In this document: positions 12,506 to 24,361 of the stretch, in pieces | How the letters are laid out: every line of letters begins with the position of its first letter | How positions within the stretch are numbered: the first letter of the stretch is position 1 | NCBI RefSeq assembly: GCF_036971445.1 | Contig: NC_091474.1 | Coordinates: forward strand, 14,012,001 to 14,076,000 | DNA length: 64,000 nt | Reading direction: 5' to 3' | Source of the DNA: Narcine bancroftii | Lineage: Eukaryota | Notes under the pieces: generated by a model | Told to the model about the DNA's origin: nothing | Seen by the model: the letters and a program-made list of their open reading frames with translations, nothing else | Database searches by the model: none | Made by a program: the position numbers and the translations under genes

Positions 12506-13179
12506 AAATCATTCACTTGCAAAGTAGATATCCTGTTGGTTGCTTCGTTCATTCAGGCTCCAGACCCCCAGTTCTCTCTTTGTTGCTCAGGTTTTCAGCC
12601 CACCAGCTCATATTTTAGTGCAATTCTGAGAGCAAAATGTATCTGCAGCTGCAGTTTTAGGCAGGGACGTATTTAACAATGAAAAGCACATCTTATTCCA
12701 TGAATATTTTTTAACAGATCATTGAGTGCAAGATTTAATCATCCAATCAAACATTCAGGAATTCACTGCAGAATTTCATTGCAAATTTCTGGGCATCAAA
12801 TTTTCTGTGTTAAACACGGTGCAGGAAATACCTGGAATTGTCTCTAACCCTAACATTTGAAGCTGGCTGCACCACTATTTTGAATTTGAAAACTCAATGT
12901 AACCTTTTACTGCCCTGAAACAATAGGCAAGATTGCCACTTTGATTATGCATGTGTTAAAAGTGTTAGATTTTTGTGGCTCATTTTGAATACTGTACCAA
13001 GGAATGCCATCATCAACATTACATGAAATACTGGCTAAAACCCAATGTCTGAATGAAAGTCAGATGCTAGAATTTCTTGAAAACCGGAGTTGATTAACTG
13101 ATCGTGCGAAAATGCAGTTACAAATTGGGGGAAAAAAAAGCATTCTAGAAATTCAATGCAGAAAGGTGATGATAGCCAG

Positions 13180-13392
13180 ATTTTAAATTTAGGCATACAG
13201 CATGGTAACTGACCATTTTGGCACAGAGGTCCATGCCGCCCAATTTAGATCCAATTAACCAAAACCCCTGGTACATATCGTACGGTGGGAGGAACCCGGA
13301 TCCTCTGGTGAAAACCCATGCAGATACGGGGAGAATGTACAAACTCCTTACAGACAACGCAGGATTCGAACCCCAGTCCCAACTGTGCCACC
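13180..13392 (-). mobile_element. tRNA-derived V-SINE (HE1-like) with internal head deletion
   Basis: B-box GGTTCGAATCC on the minus strand (~13362-13372), V-domain and taaatt tail. Same family as 12263-12505. Confidence 0.85.
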
Positions 13393-13706
13393 CAAATGAA
13401 GGCAGTTCAACTATTCAAAGAATATGTTCGCAGGTTTTTTTTATATCATCACACCCATGAATATGAACTCAGTTGAAGCTCTTTCCTCTCAAAAGAAAAT
13501 ACACTGTACTTAAAATCTGATCCAATAATGAAAAGATTTGACATGGCAGGTATTTTTATCAAGAAGAAATAGCTCAGAACAATAGCATGGACTTGTTATC
13601 GATGATTACACTGAATAGGAAAGGATTGGAAAAATGAATTGACAAAGTGGCCTGAGACTTATGATAGGCATAAAAGTTGCCTTGTGTTTGTTTGGCCAAA
13701 TGTCCT

Positions 13707-14590
13707 GGTCCTCCATCAGCCAGCTCCCCACCATGACTACCAGCCCCCCCACATCTCCATCGGGCACACAAAACTCAAAACGGTCAACCAGTTTACCTAT
13801 CTCGGCTGCACCATTTCATCAGATGCAAGGATCGACAATGAGATAGACAACAGACTCGCCAAGGCAAATAGCGCCTTTGGAAGACTACACAAAAGAGTCT
13901 GGAAAAACAACCAACTGAAAAACCTCACAAAGATAAGCGTATACAGAGCCGTTGTCATACCCACACTCCTGTTCGGCTCCGAATCATGGGTCCTCTACCG
14001 GCACCACCTACGGCTCCTAGAACGCTTCCACCAGCGTTGTCTCCGCTCCATCCTCAACATCCATTGGAGCGCTTTCATCCCTAACGTCGAAGTACTCGAG
14101 ATGGCAGAGGTCGAGAGCATCGAGTCCACGCTGCTGAAGATCCAGCTGCGCTGGGTGGGTCACGTCTCCAGAATGGAGGACCATCGCCTTCCCAAGATCG
14201 TGTTATATGGCGAGCTCTCCACTGGCCACCGTGACAGAGGTGCACCAAAGAAGAGGTACAAGGACTGCCTAAAGAAATCTCTTGGTGCCTGCCACATTGA
14301 CCACCGCCAGTGGGCTGATCTCGCCTTCAACCGTGCATCTTGGCGCCTCACAGTTCGGCGGGCAGCAACCTCCTTTGAAGAAGACCGCAGAGCCCACCTC
14401 ACTGACAAAAGGCAAAGGAGGAAAAACCCAACACCCAACCCCAACCAACCAATTTTCCCCTGCAGCCGCTGCAACCCTGTCTGCCTGTCCCGCATCGGAC
14501 TTGTCAGCCACAAACGAGCCTGCAGCAGACGTGGACTTTTACCCCCTCCATAAATCTTCGTCCGCGAAGCCAAGCCAAAGAAAAAAAAAG
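13707..14590 (+). mobile_element. RTE LINE, 5'-truncated, copy 2 (AviRTE-like)
   Basis: Open frame VLHQPAP..FTYLG..EIDNRLAKANSAFGRL..QLRWVGHVSRMEDHRLPK..FPCSRC..SRIGLVSH. Ends cttcgtccgcgaagccaagccaaag plus an A tail. The stop codon of the other copies is mutated (tga>aga). Confidence 0.96.
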
Positions 14591-15146
14591 ATCTGCAAAT
14601 ATATGACAATGAGTTTACACAGCAGCTCTAATTCACCAAAATACCCTTACCAATACCACTCACAAATTAATTGAAACAGTGATTTAATTATTTCCCCTCA
14701 GCTGACTGTCACGGGGTAAAAGGGAGAGAAGATAAACACATATCTAAACCTGCTGTCCTGAATTACAATGGATTGGAATTCTCAAAGCCATGTGAATGCA
14801 GTCGAGAGAAAAGCCAAAAGTACATGTGCATCTCCCCAGACAGAGAGTTATTTGGATACTCCTTGACAAGAGTCTTTACATTTTGAACTGCATCCTTCTC
14901 ACAACCAAGTCCATGGTTTGGACAGCATTCAAATCAAATTGTCTGGCTTAAGACATTGAAATTTGCAGAAGGGACAAAAAAAATCTGACATTTCAGATGT
15001 GTAAGAGGATGGATGTCGTGGATTTGTTATGCTTGCAAAACCCACAGAGTACATTAATTTGTAAAGATACATATTAATCCCAACTTAACAGAATAGGATT
15101 AAAGAAGATGGAAGATGTGTACATTTAAAATGTTGGTCTTGAAAAA

Positions 15147-15850
15147 TAGATTTAGATTTTAGATTTTTTTTGTCAGAGCACATACATGACATCGCATCAC
15201 ATACAACCTTGTGATTCTTTTTCATTGGTGGTGCAAAAAAGAAAACTGTACTCAACATACACATGTAAACATAAAAGAAAATAAAGAAAACTGGGCAATA
15301 CAGAGAAAAAAATCAAGAAAGTACAAAAGTAAGAGTCCTTAATTAAGAGTACCTGATTAAGTTTGTTTTTGAGGAGTCTGGTGGTGGAGGGATTGCAGCT
15401 ATTGCTGAACCTGGTGGTGCAGGTCTTTTGGCACCTATACCTTTTTCCTGATGGCAGCAGCGAGAAGAAAGAATGTGCTGGGTGATGATTGCTGCTGGTC
15501 TCCAATAGCATTGTACCTTGCAGATGTTCATGATGCTGGGGAGAGTTTTGCCGGTGATGTCTTAGGCTGTGTCCACTACCTTTATGCTCTGGAGTATTAG
15601 TGCCCCCATACCAGAATATGATGCAGCCAGCCCACACACTTTCCACCACACTTCTGTAGAAATTTATAAGGTTTCCAAAATCATATGAAACCTCTGCAAA
15701 CTCCTGTGGAAGTAGAGGCGCTGACATGCTTTCTTCACAATGCCATACGTGTGTTGAGTCCAGGAAAGATCCTCCCAAGAGAATGAGACCCAGGAACTTA
15801 AATTTGATCAACATCTCCACCCCTGATCCCCAAATGATCATTGGATAGTA
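15147..15850 (-). mobile_element. Rex1/Babar LINE 3' fragment
   Basis: ORF 15197-15904(-): FKFLG..NFYRSVVESV.AGCI..WYG..HPAHSFFSLLPSGKRYR..TTRFSNS. Tail of (tttaga)n on the + strand. Confidence 0.88.
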
Positions 15851-17680
15851 AATCTTTTGTAACTCAAACATCAATTTGAAGATTATAGATCTGTTTTTTG
15901 CCAAGATTCACAGATAACAACAAAGTTACATGCACTGAAAGACCAAGAAAGGCAGAAGAAATTGGTTCCTCCCCTGTTAATATTACTGATCATAAAGTCA
16001 AAATTATTGCAAATAATATTTTTGACAAATTACTTTCTGAGCACCAATGAACTTGGAGGAATATGACTATTAATGCCAAGAGAGACATTAAATGTCAACA
16101 GCACAAAATACAAGATATTGGTCTTCTCTGCTGGAGTGTACAAATCAAAGATTTTGACTCTTAAATAAAAATGATTATTGTAATTTGATTATCTGAGCAA
16201 ATGTACATTGTGCTGGAACATCTGTGAATTAATCTCTTGACTTATACACACAGATAGAATATCTGTTCTTATCTGCATGCTCACTGAATGAATTTAGACA
16301 ACAGTTAAATCCAGAATGTTTGGACACAACTTGGGAATATATCAAGGCTGAGAGTCTTCAACATAGTTGCTGATGTTAAACAATAATTAATTCTTTCTGG
16401 ACTTTAAATTAGCCTGGCCATAAACAATTTTTCCACTATATTTTTCTCCCAACAACATTATTCCTTCCTCTGCCACAAATGTTTATCCATTTGAAAGATG
16501 GATAAACATTTGAAGCAGAGGATCACATTTGGCCTTATATCTTCAGCCTGGGAATTCTCAATGTGTTCCCATAGCTCACAATTCAAATGACATTGGGTCC
16601 ATCCATTTATTCAGAGACAGATCCTGGCACCCTGTTCATATTTTATTTTATGGGTGAATTCATTTTTAAAATGTCAAATTTAAAATCAAATTCAAATTTA
16701 TTGTCAGAGTACATACATGATATCATGTACAACTCAAAATTCTTTTCTCCTGTGTGTCAGGCAGAATTTCTTCTTATCAGTAAATGTAAACAGTACTCAA
16801 GAAAAAAGACATGAACAAAAAGAGAGAAATGTAAACAAACTGTAATACAGAAAAAAAAATTTCAGTAATAAATAATGTGCAAAGTTAAGTCCTTAAATGG
16901 GTCCCTGATTGAGTTTGTTGTTGAGGAGTCTGATGGTGGAGTGGTAGCAGCTGTTCCTGAACCTGATGGTGTGAGTCTCTTTCTTGAAACAATGAGAACA
17001 GCTCATGACCTGGATGGTTTTGATCCTTGATGATTACTGCTCCTCTCCAACCCAAGCGTTCCATGTTGATTTTCTTGATGGTGGGGAGAGTTTTGCCTGC
17101 GATGTACTGGGCTGTATCCACTACCTTTTGTAGGGCTTCCCTTTCTGAGATATTTGTGCACCCACAATGTTTCACTCGACATCTGCTGCATTTTGCCACG
17201 GTTCTTGGTGTCATACCCAACTTCCGCAAACTGCTCAGGAAGTAGAGGTGCTGATGTGCTTTCTTGACAATTATATTCATGTGTTGGATCCAGGAAACGT
17301 CTTCTGAGATAGTGACGCCCAAGAATTTAAATTTGCTCACCTTCTCCACCTTGGATCGCCCAATGATCACTGGATTGTACACCTCTAGTTTTCGCTTCCG
17401 GAAGCCTATAATCAGCTCCTTGATTTTCAACAAGTGAGAGGCTGTTGTCAGTACACCATTCAGCCAAGTTTTCAAACTCCTTCCTGTATGCTGACTCATT
17501 GCGCCTTTTTATACAGCTCTCTACCATGGTATCGTCAGCAAATTTGTAAATGGCCTTGTTGTACTGAGCCACACAGTCATAGGTGTAAAGCAAGTAGAGC
17601 ACGGGGCTAAATACGTAGCCCTGTGGTGTTGCAATTGCTGATGTAAATTGTGGAGAACATGTTCTTACCAATCCTCACTG

Positions 17681-19631
17681 TTCAAGTTCAAGTTTATTTC
17701 TCATCTGATTGCACAAGGTCAACCCAACAAATCAGCGTTCTCCGGTCCTCAGTGCAAAACATGCAACACATAACCAGACATAACACATCTGCAGACATAA
17801 CACATCTGCAGGACAGATATTCAGATAATTAAAAAAATAGTGTAAATAAATATAATCTCAGATGGTTAATTACGTCGTTCAGAATACTCGCTGCCGTGGG
17901 AAAAAGCTATTTATCAGCCTGGTGGTTCTGTCTCAGATACTCCTGCATCTCTTTCCTGATGAGAGTAGCTGAAAGATGCTGTGGGGGGGGGGGGGGTGGT
18001 GGGGGTGGGGGTGGAGGTGGGGGATGGTGATGTCGATGATTTGGCATGCCCACTTCAGACAACGAAGCTGGTAGATCACATTGATGAGGTGGGAGGGAGA
18101 CCCCAGTCATCCTCTCTGTCACTCTTAGAGTCCCGTGGATTCACCTCTGATCCAATTCTCTCCAGCAGTCATATAACACTGTGATATAGCTGACCAGGAT
18201 ACTCTTCATAGAGCTCCTGTAGAAGGTCAACATGCTGGTGGCCAGTACCCTAGCCTGGGGTTAGTGGGATGGATATGTGATCCGAATAACTAAGGTGGGG
18301 GATGAGGGACATCCTTGTACACACCAGTAGGGTCAGCGCCAAGTGGGGGGCATCGGCGGGCATTGCCCCCCAAATGAGGTGCTGTTCCTCCCCCCAAACA
18401 AGGTGTTATGCCACTGCCCGTCCCTCCAATGATGCGGTCACAGCCATCCCTGGCTGTCAGACCCACCCTACTCCCTCTCGCCTCAGTAGCATTTAGGTTG
18501 ATGCACGCTAGCAACACTCCACCCATCCCCTGCCACATCACCAGCCTGTGATGCTTGAAGTAATAAAAAGAGCGTCCAGGTGCCCCGTGTTGAAGGGTGG
18601 ATGGCATTTTCCGGCTAGCATCCCCGCCCAACAGATAGGTCCTTGCTAGCACCCTCCTCCCTCCCCTTCCACTGAACGAACCCCCCTCTAAATCACTAAT
18701 GCCCCCCCCCCCCCTAACATATGTCCTTGCACCGACCTTGCGTACCAGTGAAGTAGATGTACACCCGATCCAGGGTTTTCTTTCATCTGGTGACGAAGTT
18801 GACATGTTGTTGAAACTGGGGTAAGGCTGTTTTCAAAATGGCATGGTTGAAGAGTCCAGCCTCAATCATGGCATCATCAGGGTGGGACATTAGGGCTTCA
18901 CAGCTTGCAATGTAAAACTCCTTCATGTCTTCACCCTCATTTGCTGAAGGCAGATTTTTGATTTGGCAATCAGGGTGGCCAAGAATTCCCTGAGCAGGTA
19001 GAAGGGTCTGCATTTCACCATTGTATGCTCTCTCTTTGCTGAGCAGATTATTTTTACAACAGAGACATTTCTGAACCCAGTCCTCATTGATATAAATGCA
19101 CAGTCCCACTTCTCAAGTCATGCCAGAAGGAGCAGCGTCCCTGTCTGTCGTGAAGAAGGTGAGTTTAGAATGAAGTCCTGGAGCAATGTTTCTGTCAACC
19201 CCAGCATCTCTGCAATTCTCCCTGGTTCAGTTGGATCCTTCGATGATCCATTTTCTTCTCCAGCGATCTTGCATTTGAGAGTAAGATTGTTAGGAGTGTT
19301 GGTCTGAATGGGTTAACTCTCAGTCTAACCCCGATGCCGGCCTGCTTTCTAAGCTTCCTTCTGCCTTCTCCAACAGTGCTTCCCACTGCCCCCCCATGCA
19401 TCTCCCGTGATCCACTCTGTAGTTTGCTGCAGTCCAGGTTTCCTGCTTCAGTAGGTTAAATCAGCTCAGTATCTTACCAATCCAATCTGTTAGTTTGAAA
19501 GCCCAGTTCATGTTCCTTATTTTCATGAGTGTTTCCTAATCATAGACAGAACGTAATGGATTGGGGATCGCACCATTGTGTGGAGCCAAAGTGGCTGCTG
19601 CAATCTTATGAGTTGCCATTTTTTTCTTTGT
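17681..19631 (-). mobile_element. Internally deleted Rex1/Babar element (5' UTR and APE fused to extreme 3' end)
   Basis: RLRVNPFRPTLLTILLSNARSLEKKMD (19195-19401), GLCIYINEDW..PQFQQHVNFVTR (18783-19109) and YKDVPHP..SDHISI (~18255-18325). These are followed directly by MLTFYRSS-like C-terminal text and a (ttcaag)n tail. The RT core is absent. Confidence 0.78.
18328..18740. mobile_element. Non-autonomous hAT element (413 bp) nested in the Rex1 APE
   Basis: Imperfect TIRs tagggtcagcgccaag / cttgcaccgaccttg, degenerate 8-bp TSD cacaccag / cgtaccag and subterminal tgcccccc motifs. The APE reading continues on both sides. Confidence 0.72.
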
Positions 19632-20844
19632 AGGGTCTGGAGATGAGGAAATCCAGGATCCAATTACATAGTGGATGATTACACAATATTTAAGGCCCAG
19701 GTTTTGAAGTTTTCTGATTAGCTTTGAGGGGATGGTGGTGTTGAATGCTGAACTATAGTCAATAAAGAGCATCCTGATATATGCATCTTCATTGCTAAGG
19801 TGTTCCAGGGTTTCATGTAGATCCAGTGTGATGGCATCTGCCATAGACCTGTCTGCAGTAGGCAAATTGGAATGGATTCATATCACCACTCAGATAGGAG
19901 ATGATATGTTTCAATACCAGACTCTCAAACACTTCATTGCTGTGAATATGAGTGCTACTGATCAGTAGTCATTTAGGCAGATTACCATACTCTTCTTCAA
20001 CACTAGAACAATTTAGGGCTATTTGAAACAGGTGGGTACCACGCACTACTGGAGGGAGATGCTGAAGATATCAGTGAATACACTGGCCAGTTGGTCAGCA
20101 CAGGTTTTCATCACTCGGCCAGGTACTCCATCTAGACTGGATGCTTTCCTTGGATTCACTTTCCTGAAGGCAGCTCACATATAATCTTCAGATACAGACA
20201 GTTGAGGATCATCATGGGAGATGGGGGTATGCAATAATTCATACTTGTTCTGGTGGTTGAATCGGGCGTAGAAACATAGCCTTCATCTGGGAATGAAGCT
20301 TTTCTGAGTCCAATTGCATCAGATTTGGTTTTGTTGCAGGTTTTTATTTAGGTCCTATCTTTGTTGTTGGATATCCTTCCTTGTTTCCATTCTCATCCGG
20401 AATTTCATTTGGCCCAGGAGATGGCTTTCCAATGGTCGTACCTACTCCTTGTGTTGTACACTGGACCTCTGAACTTAAATGTCTGTGATCTGGCTCTCAG
20501 CAGGTTTTCGATTTCATTGTTCGCCCAGGTGATTCTAAGATTAAATGGGAACTTATGTAATGCAGGGATGAGTATTGAGCAAAATTATGTACATGTCAAT
20601 TAATTAAATTAATTTATAGTGAGGAAACATAGCCTTCAATTTGACCGACATTTAATTTGTCAGAGGTAGAGAGAACTGTCTTAAACAACTCTCAAAGATC
20701 CATTGATTTGCAGAATGAATCGACAGGTGGTAAATAGGATTGAATGAGGGTAATTGTGAAGTGATATCTCTTTGGAGAGAAGAAAACACGGCATGAGAGT
20801 TAAAACACAAAATAAGAAAGGTTTGCTTTATAACAGGGAATGAA

Positions 20845-20976
20845 NNNNNNNNNNNNNNNNNNNNNNNNNNNNNNNNNNNNNNNNNNNNNNNNNNNNNNNN
20901 NNNNNNNNNNNNNNNNNNNNNNNNNNNNNNNNNNNNNNNNNNNNNNNNNNNNNNNNNNNNNNNNNNNNNNNNNNNN
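20845..20976. other. Assembly gap or masked run (132 N)
   Basis: Run of n. Confidence 0.99.
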
Positions 20977-22982
20977 TTGATTTGTATGGAACTTCTCTCC
21001 ACTTACTGTATTTTTCTGTGGAAGTTCTAAGAAAGGCAATTTGGGTTCTTTCATAATCTCTGTTTCCTTTGGTTTTTAAACAGTCATTTTTCTGCACAAA
21101 TTGATTTCACTTTGTTGTAGAGTTAATAGTTGTGAATCCTCTGCATTCAGACAACCCTTATCCACTCCTCCTTGCTTGTCAATCACACTCTCCTCTTATT
21201 TTAATGCACAATCCCTTGAAACCTTCAGATATCTCTAACTATTAACATTTCAGCTGTATTTTATTCTGAATATTAAACATAGGAACAGAGAATCTGAGAA
21301 TAAAGGAATGTGGGTGAATTTGTACAGTACATTGCTAAGGCTACAATTAAAGTACTGTGTGTAGCTTTGGTTGGCACAGTACAGAAAGGACATTCATTGA
21401 GAGAGCACACAGCAATGATTCATCTGGGTAATAACAGCGATGGGTGAATGCAATTATAAAGAGAAATGAGATAATAGGATGATTTGCATCAGAGCAGGGA
21501 AGGGTGGGAGCATAAGAAATACAAAACTTAATAAATTTTTTGAACATATGAAGTAGTTTCATGGAGTGGAAAGAAGAAGACGATTTCCTCTCAACTGTTA
21601 GTGAATGAACCATCCATTTAAAATTGCTCATTGTTACAGGGTGAAACACCTTTCCACCCGGAAGGATGAGAAGTAATCTCAGTGTTGTGTCATTTTCAAC
21701 CTTTCTCCATCTTGACAAATGCACACTGTGCACTGGTGCTGAACCTGATGACAATCAGTTCCTGAATGGCAGGAGATGGGGCTTGAGGCTGAAACTGATC
21801 AGCTTTATGCAAGAAGGTCGAAATAGACTCTTGAGTTCTACATTCCCTGCATATCTTGTGAAAATCTAGGTTTATCTCACAGTTGCCAAAATCATATTTT
21901 CTGTAAATTTATGATTTTGAATCATAGAATCTAAGGGATGTGAAGATGCTGTGCAATTATTTATTTTCAAAATGCTGTGAATGAATTCAATAAAAAAACA
22001 CCATGTTCTTATTCCCTTCTCCGATATATTTTCCGCTGTGATTTTGTTTTACTGTTGGCCTGAAGTGGCCTGGCAAGTTGCCTTTGAGCAAATTAACTCA
22101 CCACAGGGAACTGAGGGCCTGGGAAGATCGGGGTAGCAGTGATGAAAATAGATGATCCATACCCTGCAAACCTGGAGGGAATCCTTTTCTTGGCTAGTTT
22201 AGAAATATGGCTGCTTCTTAAAGTGACATTACCACAGTATATCATATGTCGTCATCATCCCCCTGCCTGCCTATTGTCTGACAATAAAACAGACTGCTCA
22301 TAATTTTGTCACCCTATCTGATTTCAGCTGATCCTTGGGACATGTATTTATTGCTATCACTCAGACTGCCTACTTCCACCTCAAAGGCATCAGCCTTGCC
22401 TGACTCCAAATCAGTCTATCCCTTTGATAGCTCCTTTTTTAAATATGCCAATGAAGTGTTTCGGAGAGCCAACTTTTAAAAAAATTCTTCTTTCTATAAG
22501 TACTTAATACCTGAAATATATTGCAAGGTATTACAATGCTCTAAAAGCTCAAGATGTATTTTAGAAACAACTCCATACCAAACCACATTGAGTATTAATT
22601 TGTGTATACATCCCTTCTCCTGGTCCTGTGTTGGAAATGTGAAGGGAAGCTGATGTTCATTGTAAAATACTTTACAAGTAGAATTCTCAAACAATATAAA
22701 CATTGGAAATGCGAAGAAACTCAAAACAGTCAGATTAATGAAATGGGAATGGAATGAGATACATAATTTTAATCTATTTTGTATGTCAAGTTCAAAGTTG
22801 TGATCAATTTTTTTAACATTACCCTAATATTTGTGTGCAGCTGTTTATGCAAGGTCAAGTTGATCTGGCTGTTCACATGTGAAGCTTGAGTTTTTTTTGT
22901 CCTGTCCTATGTCTGATGGGAAAATGGTATTTCAGCTTTCTTGCCAAAATACGTTGTTCTGGGACACATTCTGTTTTCAATA

Positions 22983-24206
22983 CTGTATGTTTCCGATTAC
23001 CCAAAATGCTCAGGACCGAACGTGTATCGGTTAACGACATTTTCTGGATATTTGAGAAATGCCTTTAAGCAGCCCAGTTTAAGCAGCAAAATACTTGTAT
23101 CAGCCATCGCCAATCCTGACACCTCTCCATCGCCGAACCTGTCCAGATGCCCAAGGTCCCCACTTTGATCCCAGGCACCACCCCACCGCCATCGCCGAAC
23201 CTGTCCAGATGCCCAAGGTCCCCACTTTGATCCCAGGCACCACCCCACCGCCATCGCCGAACCTGTCCAGATGCCCAAGGTCCCCACTTTGATCCCAGGC
23301 ACCACCCCACCGCCATCGCCGAACCTGTCCAGATGCCCAAGGTCCCCACTTTGATCCCAGGCACCACCCCACCGCCATCGCCGAACCTGTCCAGATGCCC
23401 AAGGTCCCCACTTTGATCCCAGGCACCACCCCACCGCCATCGCCGAACCTGTCCAGATGCCCAAGGTCCCCACTTTGATCCCAGGCACCACCCCACCGCC
23501 ATCGCCGAACCTGTCCAGATGCCCAAGGTCCCCACTTTGATCCCAGGCACCACCCCACCGCCATCGCCGAACCTGTCCAGATGCCCAAGGTCCCCACTTT
23601 GATCCCAGGCACCACCCCACCGCCATCGCCGAACCTGTCCAGATGCCCAAGGTCCCCACTTTGATCCCAGGCACCACCCCACCGCCATCGCCGAACCTGT
23701 CCAGATGCCCAAGGTCCCCACTTTGATCCCAGGCACCACCCCACCGCCATCGCCGAACCTGTCCAGATGCCCAAGGTCCCCACTTTGATCCCAGGCACCA
23801 CCCCACCGCCATCGCCGAACCTGTCCAGGAGCCCAAGGTCCCCACTTTGATCCCAGGCACCACCCCACCGCCATCGCCGAACCTGTCCAGATGCCCAAGG
23901 TCCCCACTTTGATCCCAGGCACCACCCCACCGCCATCGCCGAACCTGTCCAGGAGCCCAAGGTCCTGCTCCGATCCAAGCCCAGTAGCATCAGCATAAAA
24001 CAACAACAAAGAACAGGGAAGGTTTTTCAGCATGAAATAAAGTTTAATTCTTACCTTGAGTCCATGAGAGCTCCGTTGGATTCAAAATGGTACTAACAGT
24101 ATGTCAGGTTAAAAAAAAATCAACCTTTGTCATGTCACTGCCAAAAATTTTTGCGGATAACTGAAAATTTCGGTGAAATGGTTTTTGGATAATGAGAAAT
24201 ATACTG
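22983..24206. mobile_element. Non-autonomous Tigger/pogo-like (Tc1-mariner) element containing a minisatellite
   Basis: TA at 22981-22982 and 24207-24208. Degenerate ~24-bp TIRs: ctgtatgtttccgattacccaaaa vs reverse complement cagtatatttctcattatccaaaa. Confidence 0.7.
23127..23965 (+). repeat. Minisatellite, 13.5 x 62 bp, GC-rich and nearly homogeneous
   Basis: Unit ccatcgccgaacctgtccagatgcccaaggtccccactttgatcccaggcaccaccccaccg. Only unit 12 and the partial unit 14 carry the ccaggagccc variant. There are no spacers. Confidence 0.98.
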
Positions 24207-24361
24207 TATATGGAAATGATAAATTCTACCTCAGAGAAATATCACAGAGATAATTGTTTTAATCATTAAAATTTGCACCTGTTGATTACATAATAATTCA
24301 ACACTAAAATATGAAGAGTAAATAATTCCAAAGCTGAAAAATCTCCATATTTATATTTATA

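Larger units (their letters stand above)
16674..20530 (-). mobile_element. Rex1/Babar LINE (RT region to 3' end), split by a nested insertion at ~17681-19631
   Basis: [23 protein letters not shown] (19536-19865), PQGYVFSPVLYLLYT..YKFADDT (17327-17671) and FKFLGVTISEDVSW..KKAHQHLYFL (16885-17499). The host text joins at ccaatcctcactg / gggtctggagatgagg. Confidence 0.9.

Noticed and set aside
13340-13392. tRNA gene suggested by the GGTTCGAATCC B-box
   Set aside because: It is the tRNA-derived head of a SINE followed by the V-domain and tail, with no cloverleaf.
13639-14674. 304-aa ORF and overlapping sense/antisense ORFs as host genes
   Set aside because: This is a 5'-truncated RTE ORF2 whose start codon comes from flanking DNA. 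The overlapping ORFs recur in every RTE copy as shadows.
17907-18122. Poly-His/poly-Pro ORF
   Set aside because: Produced by a G-rich simple repeat (17981-18030) inside a Rex1 3' region.
22997-24033. Three overlapping ~290-320 aa ORFs on the minus strand, and a possible CRISPR-like array
   Set aside because: The ORFs arise because a 62-bp unit without minus-strand stops cycles through all frames. The units are contiguous with no spacers and there are no cas genes, so this is a minisatellite.
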